A stretch of DNA of 36,304 bases, taken from IMG/VR virus record IMGVR_UViG_3300044645_001802, positions 1 through 36,304 of that record. One strand, given 5' to 3'. The notes below the pieces were generated by a model that worked only from the letters and a program-made list of their open reading frames with translations, was not told the DNA's origin and did no database searches. A program made the translations under genes and the position numbers. Positions 34,204 through 36,304 of this stretch are shown here, one piece after another (position 1 is the first letter of the stretch; each line of letters opens with the position of its first letter). This DNA is from a virus (lineage: Duplodnaviria; Caudoviricetes).

Positions 34204-34506
34204 ATGGACGAGGGTACGAAGGTTTACCGGGCATACATGTTCACCGATGGGGTCAACTACCTCATCGACGAGGGCATAGTCAGCGCGATCGCGGTGGACG
34301 GCCAGCCGCTGGTGCGGCTGGGCGGCGCACTGCTCCCTATGGTGTCACCGTTCCCTACGGTGTGCGGCTGGCGGCTGACCAAGGCCGCCGCGCAGGCCGA
34401 CGCGGCCGACGCACTGGCACGAACGATCGGCAAGCTGCAGGCCAAACTCGACGACCTGCGCGGCGAGATTCTGCACGCGACGCTCACGACGGAGGACGCG
34501 GCATGA
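34204..34506 (+). CDS. Hypothetical protein
   Basis: RBS AGGAG; C-terminal coiled coil. Confidence 0.7.
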   Translation: MDEGTKVYRAYMFTDGVNYLIDEGIVSAIAVDGQPLVRLGGALLPMVSPFPTVCGWRLTKAAAQADAADALARTIGKLQAKLDDLRGEILHATLTTEDAA

Positions 34507-35882
34507 ATCGGCACGTTCTCCTCTGCTGCCCGCAAGCGGTGGCGAGTTCATGGGAGCGAGTCGTCGCGGGCACCGCCCGCGGCGACTTCACCGCGTGGGC
34601 TCATCAGACCGACGCGGCCCGGTGGTTCGCCAAGCGACACGCTGGCATGCTCGCGGCCGACATGGGCACCGGCAAGTCGTTCATGGCGATGCTGGCACTG
34701 GGCATAGCGGACGGCTCGCTGTCGTTCCTCGACTTGTGCCGCGGCACGGGGGCGGTGCGAGCCGCACGGCTGAAGCAGGCGGTGCGGACGGCCGGTTCGC
34801 GGCGGATTGTGGCGACGGTGAACTACGAGTCGGTCTGGCGGTCGGGCCTCGCTGCCGCGGTCGAGGCTGTGCCGTGGGACGCCATCGTGCTGGACGAGTC
34901 GCACAGGATCAAGAGCCCCGGCGGCAAGGCGAGCCGGTGGCTGGCCCGGCTGGCTGCGAGGCAACCTGACGCCCGGCGGCTCTGCCTGACTGGCACGCCG
35001 ATGCCGCATTCGCCGCTCGACCTGTACGGGCAGTTCAGGTTCCTTGATCCTGCGGTGTTCGGCACGTCGTTCGTGCGGTTCCGCGCGAGGTATGCGGAGT
35101 GCGACCTGCGGTTCCCCGGCAAGGTCAAGGCGTGGCGGAACCAAGACGAACTGACTGCGAAACTCGACGCCCGGTCGTGGCGGGTTACGGCCGACGAAGT
35201 CCTCGACCTGCCGGATGCGATTCACGAAACCGTCCCGGTCGAACTGTCGCCGAAAGCGCGGCGGTTCTACAAGCAGCTGGAAACCGAGATGACCGCTGAA
35301 CTGGAGTCCGGAACCGTCACGGCGGCGAACGCCCTGACAAAGCTCCTGCGGCTCCAGCAGGCGACGGGCGGGTACTGCCGGCTCGACGGCAGCAGCACGG
35401 TCGTTCCGGTTGACGGCACGCCGTCGAAGCGAATGGCACTCCTCGACCGGCTGGAGGACTTGCCGGCGTGCGAGCCGGTGGTCGTGTTCTGCCGTTTTCG
35501 GTCGGACCTCGACGACGTGGCGGCGGCGGCTCGCACGCTTGGCCGCGAGTACGCAGAGGTCAGCGGCGAGAGAAAAGACCTTGAACGCTGGCAGGCCGGC
35601 GACGCGGTGATCCTCGGCGTGCAGATGCAATCGGGCGGCGTCGGCATCGACTGCTCGCGGGCCGCATACGCCTTCTACTACAGCCTGGGCTACAGCCTCG
35701 GCGACTACGAGCAAAGTCTGGCCCGGCTGCGTCGGCCGGGGCAGACGCGGTGCGTCCGCTACTATCACCTCGTTTGCGGTGGCACGGTGGACGAGCAAGT
35801 GTATGCGGCACTGAGAGAGCGTCGATCGGTGGTCGAGGCGGTGCTGCACAAACTGACGACGCAGAAGGGAGCGGTAGCATGA
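34503..35882 (+). CDS. SNF2-family (DExH) helicase/translocase
   Basis: AHQ, DMGTGKS, VNYES, VLDESHRIKS, LTGTP, LLRLQQ, VVVFCRF, SGGVGID, QSLARLRRPGQ. Confidence 0.92.
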   Translation: MNRHVLLCCPQAVASSWERVVAGTARGDFTAWAHQTDAARWFAKRHAGMLAADMGTGKSFMAMLALGIADGSLSFLDLCRGTGAVRAARLKQAVRTAGSRRIVATVNYESVWRSGLAAAVEAVPWDAIVLDESHRIKSPGGKASRWLARLAARQPDARRLCLTGTPMPHSPLDLYGQFRFLDPAVFGTSFVRFRARYAECDLRFPGKVKAWRNQDELTAKLDARSWRVTADEVLDLPDAIHETVPVELSPKARRFYKQLETEMTAELESGTVTAANALTKLLRLQQATGGYCRLDGSSTVVPVDGTPSKRMALLDRLEDLPACEPVVVFCRFRSDLDDVAAAARTLGREYAEVSGERKDLERWQAGDAVILGVQMQSGGVGIDCSRAAYAFYYSLGYSLGDYEQSLARLRRPGQTRCVRYYHLVCGGTVDEQVYAALRERRSVVEAVLHKLTTQKGAVA

Positions 35883-36304
35883 GTTCTGTTTTCGACGACG
35901 AGATCGAGGCCCAGCACGGGCAGTCGAGGCAGTTGTCCGCGATGCTTGAACGGATCGCGGAGTTGCAGGCTGAGAAGAAGCGGCTGGAGTCCGAGGTGTC
36001 AAAGGTGACTGCGACGCTCAAGGAATCCGAGTCGCTGGCGGTTGAGCAGTTGGCCGCGTCGGGCCTCGACGGCGTGCGGGCGGCTGGCAAGTCGTGGTTC
36101 GTGCGGGAGTTCTTTTCCGTGTCCGTGCCGACCGAGAACCGCGAGGCGGTAGTCGAGGCGGCGAAGGACGCCGGGCTGGATGACTTGATTGCGGTGAACA
36201 CTACCACGCTCAAGAGTTGGCTGGTCGAGCAGCGTGGCAGCGACGGCGGCGAATCTGCCCTGGCTGATGGCACGCCGTTCGCGGGAATGGTTCGGGAGTT
36301 TCGC
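35879..36304 (+). CDS. 3'-partial coiled-coil protein typical of phage replication modules
   Basis: RBS GGAG, ATGA coupling; MSSVFDDEIE..., IAVNTTTLKSWLVE; frame open to the window end. Confidence 0.7.
   Translation, partial: MSSVFDDEIEAQHGQSRQLSAMLERIAELQAEKKRLESEVSKVTATLKESESLAVEQLAASGLDGVRAAGKSWFVREFFSVSVPTENREAVVEAAKDAGLDDLIAVNTTTLKSWLVEQRGSDGGESALADGTPFAGMVREFR

Noticed and set aside
1-36304. Host assignment (Planctomycetota-like freshwater host suspected from gene style)
   Set aside because: Impression only; no host gene, att site or spacer match can be shown from this sequence

Overview
About 36 kb of a GC-rich tailed dsDNA phage (HK97-type head, siphovirus-type tail). All credible genes lie on the + strand. 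From left to right: small membrane/virion genes, HNH nuclease and probable cos region, then a ParB-like / TET-JBP dioxygenase / glycosyltransferase DNA-modification cluster wedged in front of terS-terL. Next come the portal (fused to an extra module and a HAD-like domain), prohead protease, capsid, a GT-A glycosyltransferase, head-tail genes, tail genes with a -1 frameshift chaperone, tape measure and a Cys-rich adhesin-like protein. These are followed by a metallophosphoesterase, DUF6378-like and CarF/TMEM189-family desaturase genes, an HTH gene and a non-coding element bounded by inverted repeats. The early region (28.2-34.2 kb) is built from small genes driven by two homologous sigma70 promoters. 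Its genes are joined by a repeated ~39-40 nt junction (TGATTGTTCGG..hairpin..ACGGAG..ACGATG). The window ends in a SNF2-like helicase with a rearranged motif order. No integrase, tRNA, CRISPR array or reverse transcriptase was seen. All family assignments come from motif recognition by eye, not from database searches.
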